This document shows, in pieces, positions 12,415 to 22,645 of a stretch of 64,000 nt of DNA (its first letter is position 1; the number at the start of each line of letters is the position of its first letter). The translations under genes and the position numbers were made by a program. The notes beneath the pieces were generated by a model. That model was given only the letters and a program-made list of their open reading frames with translations. It was not told the DNA's origin and ran no database searches. Location of the stretch: the NCBI GenBank assembly GCA_012839815.1, contig DUMQ01000136.1, positions 19,125 through 83,124 on the forward strand, in the 5' to 3' direction. This DNA comes from Bacillota bacterium. GTDB taxonomy: Bacteria; Bacillota; SHA-98; Ch115; JABLXJ01.

Positions 12415-13316
12415 GGCATCAGCACTTCTAGATATTTTTTAGCAAAGAGTATACCTCTTTGAACCTTCTCGGTGCTGCCTTCCCAGTTTCGATCCTCGTG
12501 TTCAATGCTGATTACCCCGTCATACCCTGCGTTGACTAACGCACTGATCCATTTGCGCCAGTCTATATCGCCCAGCCCGGGAAGACGATCCACCCACCAC
12601 CGCGTGCTGCTGTAAACCCCTACACGCCCGCGAACATCCGGGAGGATCTTTGTATCCTTAGCATGAGTGTGGAAGATCCTGTCCCGATAATCCGAAGCCG
12701 CTTTCTCATAATCTATCCCCTGCCAGATAAGGTGCGAGGGATCCATATTTATTCCAAGGTTTTTGCTGGGCAGGATCTCGAAAACAGCGTCCCATATCTC
12801 AGGAGAAAAGAAAACGTTGGTTCCACCGGGCCAGGTATACATCATGGGACAGTTCTCGAACATAAGCCGTACCCCATTATCCTCAGCAAATTTGACCAGG
12901 TCGGGCCATACAACCTTCACTAACTCCAAATTCTCCGGTACAGTCTTATTAGGGTCTCGCCCGACGAAGGTTCCCACGAGGTTCACCCCGAGCAAGGAAG
13001 CTGCCCTGATGACCTTTTTCAGGTGATCGTGGTGCTCCGCTCTCCGTGCAGGATCAGGATCCAGGTTGTTGGGGTAATACGCCAGGGAGGAAATATCCAG
13101 GCCGGACTCGGAAAAGAGCATTTTGATTTCGTCAGCCATTGTGGGTGTAAGCGCCGCTACATCGATGTGCGAGGCATTGCCGTATCTTCTCTTCTCCGTC
13201 GGAACCACCGGCCAACATGCTAATTCAAGAGCTTCGAGACCGTTGTCTCGCGCCCAGCTCACTAATTCTCTCAGGCTTAATTCTGGAAGGCATGCTGTCA
13301 TCAACCCTATTTTCAT
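12408..13316 (-). CDS. Sugar phosphate isomerase/epimerase (xylose isomerase-like TIM barrel), copy 2, a paralog of 8419-9324.
   Basis: Aligns with copy 1 throughout (MKIGLMTACLP.., HTHAKD, IEHED). ATG at 13316 with an AGGAGG RBS. Confidence 0.8.
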   Translation of the reverse strand: MKIGLMTACLPELSLRELVSWARDNGLEALELACWPVVPTEKRRYGNASHIDVAALTPTMADEIKMLFSESGLDISSLAYYPNNLDPDPARRAEHHDHLKKVIRAASLLGVNLVGTFVGRDPNKTVPENLELVKVVWPDLVKFAEDNGVRLMFENCPMMYTWPGGTNVFFSPEIWDAVFEILPSKNLGINMDPSHLIWQGIDYEKAASDYRDRIFHTHAKDTKILPDVRGRVGVYSSTRWWVDRLPGLGDIDWRKWISALVNAGYDGVISIEHEDRNWEGSTEKVQRGILFAKKYLEVLMPC

Positions 13317-13471
13317 ACTTGATCCTCCTGCCTTGTATTTCATGCCTTATATTCCATTTCATGCTTACATTCCAGAGTGTAGAAATAATAGAGCGCATTC
13401 TATAATACAACAATACTATTCCCGGTCAACTAAGTTCAAGATAACCACTAAAGAAAGACGGCAAGGCGACA

Positions 13472-14254
13472 TTAGTGGGGATGTATACCGCCGCATACTG
13501 AGATAGCCTGTGCTGTCACATAGCTTGCATCGTCGCTGACCAAAAACCTTATAACCTTGGCAATATCATCAACCTGGCCAACCCTCCCCAAGGGGATCGA
13601 CTCAGCCGTTTGTTTCAACTGGTCTTCGGCAGAAACGCCGGTGCGCTCGGCAAAGCCCTCGCGGGTGTCCCTCCACATCTCAGTATCCACCGCCCCCGGG
13701 CAGACCGCGTTCACTGTTATGCCGTATTTCCCGACTTCCAGGGCCAGCGCCTGGGTGAAGCCAATCACACCAAATTTACTCGCCGAGTAACTCAACATGA
13801 AAACCACTCCGGTCAAGCCCGCTGATGACCCGAAGTTAATAATCCTTCCATATCGCCTTGGGATCATCCGCTTGCAGGCTTCCTGGCAGCAGAGGAAGGT
13901 CCCCTTTGTGTTCACGGCCATGAGCTTATCCCAGACCTCCTCTGTCTCCTCCAGAATGCCCGCCACCCTTTGAATTCCTGCAGCATTGACCAGGATGTCT
14001 ATTCTACCACCGAACCTATCATCTATCTTGGCGAACGCCTTCTTCACCTCATCCGAGTTCGAAACATCCACCTGCAAGCCGATCGCCTCTCCACCGCGTT
14101 TCACTATCTCCTCGGCTACAAGGCGCGCATTTTCACCGTTTACATCGATAACAACCAAAGCCGCTCCATCTTCTGCCAGACGCAAGGCAGCAGCCTTGCC
14201 CATTCCTCTTCCACCGCCAGTTACTACGGCTACCTGCCCTTTAAGGTTCATCAT
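13472..14254 (-). CDS. Short-chain dehydrogenase/reductase (SDR).
   Basis: The N-terminus carries TGGGRGMG. The YxxxK catalytic motif (YSASK) is present. Length is 260 aa. Confidence 0.85.
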   Translation of the reverse strand: MMNLKGQVAVVTGGGRGMGKAAALRLAEDGAALVVIDVNGENARLVAEEIVKRGGEAIGLQVDVSNSDEVKKAFAKIDDRFGGRIDILVNAAGIQRVAGILEETEEVWDKLMAVNTKGTFLCCQEACKRMIPRRYGRIINFGSSAGLTGVVFMLSYSASKFGVIGFTQALALEVGKYGITVNAVCPGAVDTEMWRDTREGFAERTGVSAEDQLKQTAESIPLGRVGQVDDIAKVIRFLVSDDASYVTAQAISVCGGIHPH

Positions 14255-14317
14255 CTAAAAAACGCCTCCCTATCTCTTTATCAAGTCAGTTAATTCCTTT
14301 ACTCGCTTACTGTGTTT

Positions 14318-15271
14318 CTAGGGTTTAATAGCTATCTTGACTACCCTTTCATCACCCTTGCGCAATAGATCAAAGGCATCTTCAATCTGGTCAAGGGAAT
14401 ACCAATGGGTAATCAACGGTTTCAAGCTGATCTTGCCGCTGGTGTAGAGCTCGAGCGCTCTCACGAAAGTACCCTTTGAATACGCCCATTTAAAACCCGT
14501 AGAAAGAATTCGGGCCCACTTTTGATGAAATGCAAAGAAGTCAAAGGAAACGGGTTGAACACACGCCCCGAAGATGCCGATAGTCCCTTGTTGCTTTACC
14601 AGCTGAGGACACGCGGCAATCGTTGAAGGGACCCCTGCGCACTCCAGGACTACATCTACACCACAGGAGCCTGTGATCTTTCCAACCTCTTCGATCACAT
14701 CCTTTTCACGGGGATCGATCGCTATGTCAGCACCGAATTGAAGCCCGAGATCCCGTTTCATCTTATTTCTCGACGTTACAATTATCCGGCCCGCACCGGC
14801 AGCCCTGGAAATTTGCGTAGCCAGCAGCCCCGAAACCCCCTGCCCGAGTATAACCACGCTATCGCCGAGCCGGACGCATTGGTCAACCAGGCCAAATACG
14901 CAGCTCGTTATCTCAAGCATCGACCCCTCTTCAAAGCTCATGTTGTCAGGGATCTTAAGGGCGTCATCCACCCGGACCTTTACGTATTCTGAAAAGGTAC
15001 CGTCGCTCCATGCCCTCAGGGCCACCCTATCGCCGGGCACGAAATCCTTGACACCCGGCCCGACGTCAGCTACGACCCCAGCTCCCTCATGACCCAAGAC
15101 ACACGGAAACGGAGTGGCACCGGGATGCAAACCTTCTATTATATGAAGATCGGTTTGTCCGCAAATGGTAGCCACTTCAATCTTCACCAGTATAGTCCCG
15201 GGTTCCAATTTGGGAATCGGGACGTTTCTGATAGCGATTTTCCCACGTTCTTCTACAAACACTTGCTTCAT
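14318..15271 (-). CDS. Zn-dependent medium-chain dehydrogenase (polyol/alcohol dehydrogenase).
   Basis: Contains CGQTDLH, GHEGAG and a GxGxxG Rossmann motif (ILGQGVSGL). Length is 317 aa. Confidence 0.85.
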   Translation of the reverse strand: MKQVFVEERGKIAIRNVPIPKLEPGTILVKIEVATICGQTDLHIIEGLHPGATPFPCVLGHEGAGVVADVGPGVKDFVPGDRVALRAWSDGTFSEYVKVRVDDALKIPDNMSFEEGSMLEITSCVFGLVDQCVRLGDSVVILGQGVSGLLATQISRAAGAGRIIVTSRNKMKRDLGLQFGADIAIDPREKDVIEEVGKITGSCGVDVVLECAGVPSTIAACPQLVKQQGTIGIFGACVQPVSFDFFAFHQKWARILSTGFKWAYSKGTFVRALELYTSGKISLKPLITHWYSLDQIEDAFDLLRKGDERVVKIAIKP

Positions 15272-15383
15272 TATCTTCGTCCGCTCCCTCGTATTAGGTA
15301 AAATATTATTAGATTCTATAACTTCCTGAGATTCCTGCAGGGCTAAATAGCAAAGTCCATATATTACTTCCCTCTTTAGTTCG

Positions 15384-16193
15384 CTACCCCTTTAGTCCGC
15401 TCATCACTACGCCCTGTATAAAGTACCGCTGGAGGAGTATGAAGAGTATCAGAATGGGGATGATCGCTATTACACATAATGCCATAAGATAGTTCCATTC
15501 CACGAACCACTCATGTTGAAACAAGGCTATTGCAACCTGAATGGTTCTTTGCGCCTCACCGGAACCAACTACCAGGGGCCAGAGCAGTTCATTCCATCTC
15601 CATAGAAACATGAATAGGCCGGTTACAGTTAAAGGAGGAAGGGATAGCGGCAAAACTACCTTCCATAATATACCGAACTCCGAGCATCCATCTATCCTCG
15701 CTGCATCCAGGAAATCATCAGGTATGGTTTTAAAATGCTGCCTCAGCAAGAATATACCAAATGGCTCCACGACGCGGGGGAGAATCATCCCGTGAAAGGT
15801 ATTTACCCAACCCAGGCTCTTAAGGAGCATAAAAAGTGGAGCAATGATGACTTCTATAGGGATTATCACCGTGCCGAGCACAAGCAGGAATAAAATAGAG
15901 TCTCCCGGGAACTTGTATTTTGCAAACCCGTAGCCTGCAAGGGATGCAACAATAAGGTATAAGACAATACATCCTACCGTATAAATTGAACTAACCAAAA
16001 GCGCCCGGATCGCATTTGAACGTTGTACCGATATAGGAAAATTTTCAAGGCTCCAGTCATGAGGTATCAAATAGGGCGGCCAGCTGAAAGTCTCTTTCAG
16101 GGGCTTTACCGCTGTGCTGAACATCCAAAGAAAGGGTAGCAGCACAAACAAGGCTAAACCAATAGCGAGTATGTAGGGAATAACTTTTTTCAT
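15384..16193 (-). CDS. ABC transporter permease (CUT1 family, MalG-like).
   Basis: 6 TM helices. The EAA loop (DAARIDGCSEFGILWKVVLP) is present. Confidence 0.85.
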   Translation of the reverse strand: MKKVIPYILAIGLALFVLLPFLWMFSTAVKPLKETFSWPPYLIPHDWSLENFPISVQRSNAIRALLVSSIYTVGCIVLYLIVASLAGYGFAKYKFPGDSILFLLVLGTVIIPIEVIIAPLFMLLKSLGWVNTFHGMILPRVVEPFGIFLLRQHFKTIPDDFLDAARIDGCSEFGILWKVVLPLSLPPLTVTGLFMFLWRWNELLWPLVVGSGEAQRTIQVAIALFQHEWFVEWNYLMALCVIAIIPILILFILLQRYFIQGVVMSGLKG

Positions 16194-16242
16194 ACGATTT
16201 CCTCCCGAATTCCGCGATACTCTTTAGGCTGGGAATTTACAA

Positions 16243-17127
16243 TCAATAGCTTACCTCACCTTTGAAGAAACGGAGCTGCAACACTGTAAAGAAGAAAACT
16301 ACGACAAATAAGATGAGAGCTACCGCGCTTCCCTGGCCCATGCGAAGCATTATAAACGCCTGCCGGTAGAAGTACATCATTAGTACCATTGTAGAAGTTC
16401 CCGGCCCGCCCATAGTCATAACATAAACCAAATCGAACATCCTGAAGGCGTAGATAACCGCCATCACGACGACAAATAAGGAGATCGGCTTTAATAGCGG
16501 CAAAGTTATGAACCGAAAGGCCGCCCATTTACTCGCTCCATCTATGGCCGCGGCCTCATAGTATTGGTCGGGGATATTTTGGAGGCCTGCTAAGAAAATA
16601 ACCATGTTCCAGCCAAATCCATACCAAACGCTAGTAAGCATCAGTGACCACGGCGCCCAAGCGGGGTTTGCCAGCCAATCCTTCGGATGTCCCCCAAAAA
16701 GGGTGATTATATAATTGATGATTCCATAATCGGTAGAATACATATATTTCCATAGCATGCCGATAGCCACCATTGATGTGAAGGCTGGGAAGAAGATAAT
16801 GCTTCGAAACAGGTTCCGTAAAGCTAAGCGCCCATTTAAAAGAATCGCCGTCAACAAAGCAAGCGTTACATTTACAGGGACCGTCACCCCGACAAACAAG
16901 AAAGTGACAAGCAGGGCGTGCCTGAAAGTCATATCGGATAAAGTAGTGGCGTAGTTTCTTAGTCCAATGAAGCGTGGCGTGCCAATGATATCCCATTCGC
17001 AAAGGCTCATTCGAATGGAGGAGATTATAGGATAGAATGTAAATATCGCCAAAAGTAGCATGGCGGGGGCGATGAAAATATATGGAACTATCCGCCTCTG
17101 TGTTTTCCAGGAAACCAGCTTTATCAT
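16243..17127 (-). CDS. ABC transporter permease (CUT1 family, MalF-like).
   Basis: 6 TM helices. The EAA-like loop (EAAAIDGASKWAAFRFITLP) is present. Confidence 0.85.
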   Translation of the reverse strand: MIKLVSWKTQRRIVPYIFIAPAMLLLAIFTFYPIISSIRMSLCEWDIIGTPRFIGLRNYATTLSDMTFRHALLVTFLFVGVTVPVNVTLALLTAILLNGRLALRNLFRSIIFFPAFTSMVAIGMLWKYMYSTDYGIINYIITLFGGHPKDWLANPAWAPWSLMLTSVWYGFGWNMVIFLAGLQNIPDQYYEAAAIDGASKWAAFRFITLPLLKPISLFVVVMAVIYAFRMFDLVYVMTMGGPGTSTMVLMMYFYRQAFIMLRMGQGSAVALILFVVVFFFTVLQLRFFKGEVSY

Positions 17128-17269
17128 GGTACGTTTTCCGTCCCTTCTTGCTTCCTACTACCAGGACCAGACCACTTTAAGGGAAATAAGACAACCGCAA
17201 ACCCGGGGTCGTGGACGTGATGCTCAAACAAACGTCCACGACCCCATGAAATTTTAGAAGTCTACTACC

Positions 17270-18541
17270 TTAATCTATTAGTCGTCTGAGTTCCTTGTCG
17301 AGCATCTTAACAGCCTGCTCGACAGTAATCTGTCCATGCATCGCAGGGCCTATAGTCTCAATAAAGACCTGCACCATACCCGCATAATTCTTTTGTTTAT
17401 ACTGGGTTACGACGATTGGAGGGATTTGTGCATACTGCTGGAGAGCTGCCTTCATTACTCCATTAATTGTAGGATCCTTATAAGATATTCGTTTCGCAAG
17501 AGGCACCGATGTTGGGATAAATCCTAATTGACAGAACCTCTCCATGACTTCATCTGTATTTAGCCACTCCAGGAATTTCGCAGCTTCCTTAGGATGCTTT
17601 GATTGAGGGGATATCACATTCAAACAACCACCCAGAGCCGTGGAAAAACCGGCTGGCCCCTTCGGGACGAATGTCGTCCCCCATTTGAATTTATCACCGA
17701 TTTGGTCCTTCAGCCACTCTGCCATCCAAGTCCCACTAAAGATTACGCCTATCTGGCCGAGCGCAAACAACTGTTCATGGCTATCCGGTTTTAGGAAGAG
17801 CGTATTTATAGGCTCCAAACCCTCATCATACCATTTCTTCTGGAGCTTTAATCCCTTTATTACCTCCGGTTTATTCACGTCCGGCTTCTTGCCGTCAGGT
17901 GTAACGAATCCACCACCCCATGTATTGATATACCAAGGTTCTCCGTTATACAGAGCCCCGGCGAAGCCGTATTTGGCAGGCGATTTGCTCTTCAGCTTTC
18001 GTCCGATGTTCTCCCAATCTTCCCATGTCCAGGCTTTATCAATTGTAGCAGGAGCTTCTATTCCAGCGGCCTTGAAGTAGTCGATATTGTAGAATACTAC
18101 ATGCGTATCCGTCATCTGCGGTACTCCATAGAACTTCCCGTCGGATTCAACGAATTGCCTGAGGTTTGGCCAGAATCTTTTACGATATTCTTTTAATAGA
18201 TGCGGCGATAAATCAAGGGCCTGTTTAGCCTTGATATACCTACCGACGTACGGAAAGGTAGTACGATAGATATCAGGTGCGTTGCCGCCAGCTATCCGCA
18301 CATCCAACGTCCTGTGGTGCTCATCCCATCCGGTCTCCGTAAGCTTGATACGGATTCCCGGGTTCTTCTTTTCAAATTCGGCGATTGCCTGGTGGAAGAA
18401 CTCTACCTCGGCAGGCCTTCCCCATGCATACCACTCTATTTCTACCGCCTTGCCCGCGGCCAGGACCATAGATATAGATGAGGAGAACATTGCTATCACG
18501 ACTAGCGATAACAGCCCGAGGCACAAAATTCTCTTTGACAT
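17270..18541 (-). CDS. ABC transporter extracellular solute-binding protein (family 1, carbohydrate).
   Basis: The internal start ATG at 18541 (MSKRILCLGLLSLVVIAMFSS) gives a signal peptide and has a GGGGAGGG RBS. The remainder is SBP_bac_1-like. Confidence 0.85.
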   Translation of the reverse strand: MSKRILCLGLLSLVVIAMFSSSISMVLAAGKAVEIEWYAWGRPAEVEFFHQAIAEFEKKNPGIRIKLTETGWDEHHRTLDVRIAGGNAPDIYRTTFPYVGRYIKAKQALDLSPHLLKEYRKRFWPNLRQFVESDGKFYGVPQMTDTHVVFYNIDYFKAAGIEAPATIDKAWTWEDWENIGRKLKSKSPAKYGFAGALYNGEPWYINTWGGGFVTPDGKKPDVNKPEVIKGLKLQKKWYDEGLEPINTLFLKPDSHEQLFALGQIGVIFSGTWMAEWLKDQIGDKFKWGTTFVPKGPAGFSTALGGCLNVISPQSKHPKEAAKFLEWLNTDEVMERFCQLGFIPTSVPLAKRISYKDPTINGVMKAALQQYAQIPPIVVTQYKQKNYAGMVQVFIETIGPAMHGQITVEQAVKMLDKELRRLID

Positions 18542-18782
18542 TCTACAGACCCTCCCCAGATAACGTTTAAAACGATCTTCATAATCTTTGAGACTGGTTG
18601 AGACTGATCCCTGCCCTACGTCCGTTGTACCATTCCGATTCCCCATACCCTTTTGACTCCGTTAGAATTCCGTAACAAACCCGCCTTACGAAAAGCTCAT
18701 CACCTCCTGATCCGTATATTTCGCCTTGCTATATTTCACCTGGTAAAGATTTTTTCTCTTCGCCTATCCGTGATGTATGTAA

Positions 18783-19841
18783 TTAATCACCTAGCCGAAC
18801 ATGATCAAAGTATTCTTTATCCGGCACGATCAAGACTTTCACTGCAGGCTCACGCTTCTCCATGAGCAGCTTAAAAGCTTCAGCCACATCGTCGATATAG
18901 AATTTATGAGTAAGAAGTGGGCGCATCTTGATCTGGCCCGATGCTACGAGATCCACTCCGCGTTGCAGGCCGGCTTTGGTGTACCCGAGCGTCGTGGCGC
19001 CCGCGGTGACTACATGGGCTCCCTTGAAGTGCAGTTCAAAGAAATCGAAGGGCACCGGATCCCAGCAAGCTCCAAAGACCGCTATCGTGCCCGGCCGCGT
19101 CCCACCCAGGTGGGGCTCACGCTTGCGGACCAGCTGCGTGCAGATGCGGATTGTATCCGGTATACCCGCACATTCCACTACCGTATCCACGCCCTTGCCA
19201 TCAGTTAGTCTCTCTATTTCCTTGACTATGTCCTGGGAGGTTGGATCCAGGGCTATATCAGCACCAAGTTTCAAAGCGAGCTCACGTTTTTCCCGCACAG
19301 GGTCTGAGACAATTATCCTCCGGGCCCCTGCTACTTTAGCGCACTGAGTCGCCATAAGCCCTGAGGACCCCTGACCGAGGATCGCTACTACGGTGCCCGG
19401 GCGCACGGTATCTTCCACCAAAATATTCACCCAGCTAAGTAGCTCTATTGGAGAAGCCTCCTCGTATGATACACTATCAGGGAGTTTTGCCAGCCACTCC
19501 GGACGGGCTTTAACATACTCGGACATGGTTTCGCTGGCGTGGATTGTACACACACGGTCACCCGGGGCAAATTCTCTGGCCGCGTATTTACCCACCTTTA
19601 CTACCTCTCCTGCTGACTCATGGCCCAGCGGAGCGGGCCAGGCATGAGCGGGGGTTCTCAGATAACCTTCTGCCCAGACATGATGGGGCGGGTGGGTTCC
19701 TTCGATTGTATGTACGTCTGTAAGGTTACAAATGCTTGCCACCTTTACTTTAATTAGAACTTCTTCATCAGTGATCTCCGGAACTTCCACATCACGGACG
19801 ACAGGAAGTCTGCCAAGACCATCAAGAAAAACTCGTTTCAC
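18783..19841 (-). CDS. Zn-dependent medium-chain dehydrogenase, second copy (threonine/sorbitol-DH-like).
   Basis: Contains GHESAG and a GQGSSGL Rossmann motif. GTG start at 19841 is preceded by AAGGAGG. Confidence 0.8.
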   Translation of the reverse strand: MKRVFLDGLGRLPVVRDVEVPEITDEEVLIKVKVASICNLTDVHTIEGTHPPHHVWAEGYLRTPAHAWPAPLGHESAGEVVKVGKYAAREFAPGDRVCTIHASETMSEYVKARPEWLAKLPDSVSYEEASPIELLSWVNILVEDTVRPGTVVAILGQGSSGLMATQCAKVAGARRIIVSDPVREKRELALKLGADIALDPTSQDIVKEIERLTDGKGVDTVVECAGIPDTIRICTQLVRKREPHLGGTRPGTIAVFGACWDPVPFDFFELHFKGAHVVTAGATTLGYTKAGLQRGVDLVASGQIKMRPLLTHKFYIDDVAEAFKLLMEKREPAVKVLIVPDKEYFDHVRLGD

Positions 19842-19919
19842 TGAATATCCTCCTTTGCTTCTCCTCTGCACTGTGGCCCCACAATTCGGGCTCCGGTATA
19901 CTCTGCCTCTTTTCAATTC

Positions 19920-20621
19920 TTAAATTTCTCTTAATGTCCCGTTCTTCTCTCTGCTTATTGCCTCCTCCATAATCGCCTCCGTTGCTGTCGCGCCGAACCT
20001 GGTACAGCCGGCGGCTCTCACCTGGAGTGCCGCATCGAGCGTCCTCACCCCTCCCGCGGCCTTGATCTTCACCTTTGCACTCACCGAGCGCCTCATAAGC
20101 TCTAAATCCGGTATCGTAGCCCCGCTCGTCCCAAAACCTGTCGAGGTCTTCACATAGTCGGCTCCTGCCCGCTCAGAGATCTCGCAGGCTTTCACCTTCA
20201 ACTCGTCCGTTAAGTAGCAGTTCTCAAGGATAACCTTGACTATAACCCCTCTGGAGTGCGCCATGTCAACGATCGCCTTGATCTCTCTCTCAACGTAGTC
20301 ATAATCCCGCGAAAGCAGCTTGCCGATGTTGAGCACCATATCAAGCTCAACTGCGCCGTTGTTTATCGCCTCCTCGGCCTCGAAGAGCTTGGTTGCGGTG
20401 GTATGCGCCCCGTGGGGGAAACCGATGACCGTGGTCACGAGGACCTCACTACCCTCGAGAAGCTCCTTTGCGCGGGCCACATCGCTCGGCCTCACACAGA
20501 CTGAGGCAACGTTATACTTCCTCGCAAGCTCGCAACCCTTTACGATATCGTCATCCGTGAGATTGGGTCGCAAAAGTGAGTGATCAATCATCTTGGCTAT
20601 ATCCCTGCTGGTAATGCTCAT
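19920..20621 (-). CDS. deoC: Deoxyribose-phosphate aldolase (DeoC family).
   Basis: Motifs VIGFPHG, KVILE, VKTSTGF and KAAGGVRT are present. The ATG at 20621 has an AAGGGGATGG RBS. The ORF as called to 20762 carries an implausible N-terminal extension. Confidence 0.85.
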   Translation of the reverse strand: MSITSRDIAKMIDHSLLRPNLTDDDIVKGCELARKYNVASVCVRPSDVARAKELLEGSEVLVTTVIGFPHGAHTTATKLFEAEEAINNGAVELDMVLNIGKLLSRDYDYVEREIKAIVDMAHSRGVIVKVILENCYLTDELKVKACEISERAGADYVKTSTGFGTSGATIPDLELMRRSVSAKVKIKAAGGVRTLDAALQVRAAGCTRFGATATEAIMEEAISREKNGTLREI

Positions 20622-21431
20622 AAATCCATCCCCTTTAGTTGCCGAGGGATGCACCCTCATATCATAACCTGATATGAAGATCACATCGGTCGACTTATGT
20701 GAATATATAATGATTGTTATACCGGTACGTACATCATGGTAACTACGATATAAAGATACCACTGATACATATCCTAATCAACATAGGACAAGTATGGTCT
20801 ACCGGCGCTAGAGATGACTTAGGACTGGTATAGACAAAATCCTGAGCTATATCCGTATATTCCTGGGGATGCATCCTGTATAACTCCTTAGTGTACTAAA
20901 CTAAAAAAATTAACCACTTCTACGAGGCCGAAGGTAATCGCAGCAGTCTCAGCTTATGGGCAACATAACTTTGTAGCGCGCATAAGGTGCAGGATAAGAC
21001 AGTGGGTAGGTAAGGCGGGTATGCTCCAACATAAAGGTGCGAGGTGGTTCGCAATAGTCATCGTCAGCTTAAGGTAGGTACTAAGTTTAGCGTTATCAAT
21101 GACGTCAGGTCGCTTTCTGCAAGGCTTGCAGGAAGGACTTTATCCCGCCCAACAGTATCCTCCCTGAGTATAATGGGATGGTCATAACGAGGGGATTACA
21201 GGAATTGGCCTGCCTTTTCCCCTGTTTTCCTCCCATAGGATCGCACAGTGACAGTGACTTAAGGAGGCCGAAATTAGCAGGGATGAGTTGGTCAAGAGAG
21301 GGGTTCGATCTTTTGCAATAAAGGGGGTAAAAGTATAAATCTTCTAGCGGGACTTTAGTATGATTCTCACCAAATTTGCACCATCTTAGCGAAGAATGAA
21401 GGCCCGGAAACCCCGGACCCCTAGAAATACT

Positions 21432-21507
<76 letters not shown>

Positions 21508-21525
21508 ACACACATGAAAAAATTA

Positions 21526-21602
21526 TGGTAGCGGCGACTGGATTCGAACCAGTGACGCCACGGGTATGAACCGTGTGCTCTGACCAGCTGAGCTACGCCG
21601 CC
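21526..21602 (-). tRNA. tRNA-Met (CAT), elongator type.
   Basis: The anticodon arm CACGG-TTCATAC-CCGTG matches Bacillus elongator tRNA-Met. TTCGAAT T-loop and an encoded CCA. Confidence 0.8.
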
Positions 21603-21629
21603 ATTTATACAGCTTATAATAATGAAACA

Positions 21630-21704
<75 letters not shown>

Positions 21705-22166
21705 GTCGTTTCCGCTGGCCGCATCCACCAGCTACATATTTATTATAGCAAAAAAAACTCTCCCGTCAAGGGGTTATCCGGGTGTTTTCCCGAGCCACTA
21801 ACGTCAAATCAACTCCGCTAACGGCTATTCAACCGCGAAAAAGTAGCATGCCGCCAGACTCTATCACTAAGTATAATCCGGGGCCACGCATAGCGCAGGT
21901 CAGCTTAGGTAACAAATATATATTCAAGTATAGATTCAGGCAATAACATTAAGCCAATAGTCAATAAAGCCAATAGCATTAAGGCATCAAGGGCGGGATC
22001 TCCGAGGATGGCGACGGAGCTCACTCTTGCGGGTCCGCCTCGCTCTTTAATAGGCCCCAACTGTGCGGCAAACTGTGCGGGTCCTAACCGCCAATCACGC
22101 CCTGAACATGAACAGGCGGCCGCAAACACGAAGACCGCGAAATCTCAAGGCAATAAGCTCACGGCC

Positions 22167-22335
22167 ATGATGGTGGTCAGAAACGAGGCGGACAGGTTTC
22201 TCGTTCCAGTCCTCGATGATCTTACTCAATGGGTCGACGAGATCGTAATCCTGGACGATGCCTCGACAGATTCAACGCCGGACATATGCAGGAGCTACGC
22301 CAAGGTCGTGAAATTCCAGCGCAACTCCTACCCGG
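22167..22335 (+). pseudogene. Remnant of the N-terminus of a family-2 glycosyltransferase, about 55 aa of homology inside a 164-aa ORF.
   Basis: MMVVRNEADRFLVPVLDDLTQWVDEIVILDDASTDSTPDI resembles the start of a GT2 fold. The flanking ORF sequence has no recognisable homology. Confidence 0.35.
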
Positions 22336-22645
22336 GATTATGGTCTGTTCGATTCCTGAAGGTGATGTTACCTCACCAGACCCCGCGACGCTTCCGGGCC
22401 CGGGGGGGAGACCAGATGGTGGTTTGGTGGCCTTTGCGCGAGAGGAGTTGCCCTTTTCGGCGTTGCTTACTGCCCCTGAAATCACCCTGGATGGATCAAT
22501 AAGGGCTGACCCGGGGATTGCGGCCTTTTCTCGAGGGTATCATATGACCCCCCGTACCCCCTAGAAATCGCAACATTTCTAGGGCCGGGAGCAGGATCCT
22601 CGATCTTATAGACAGATGCTTCCCGGCGCGAAAAGTTTAGAGGAT

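Noticed and set aside
20763-21431. Gene-free 670-bp stretch between deoC and tRNA-Lys, examined for RNase P RNA, tmRNA, SRP RNA or 6S RNA.
   Set aside because: I searched both strands for GGAAAGTCCGGGCTCC, ACAGAACCCGGCTTA, the tmRNA tRNA-like end, and SRP domain IV motifs, and found none. It is left as unexplained spacer and mentioned under the tRNA-scar finding.
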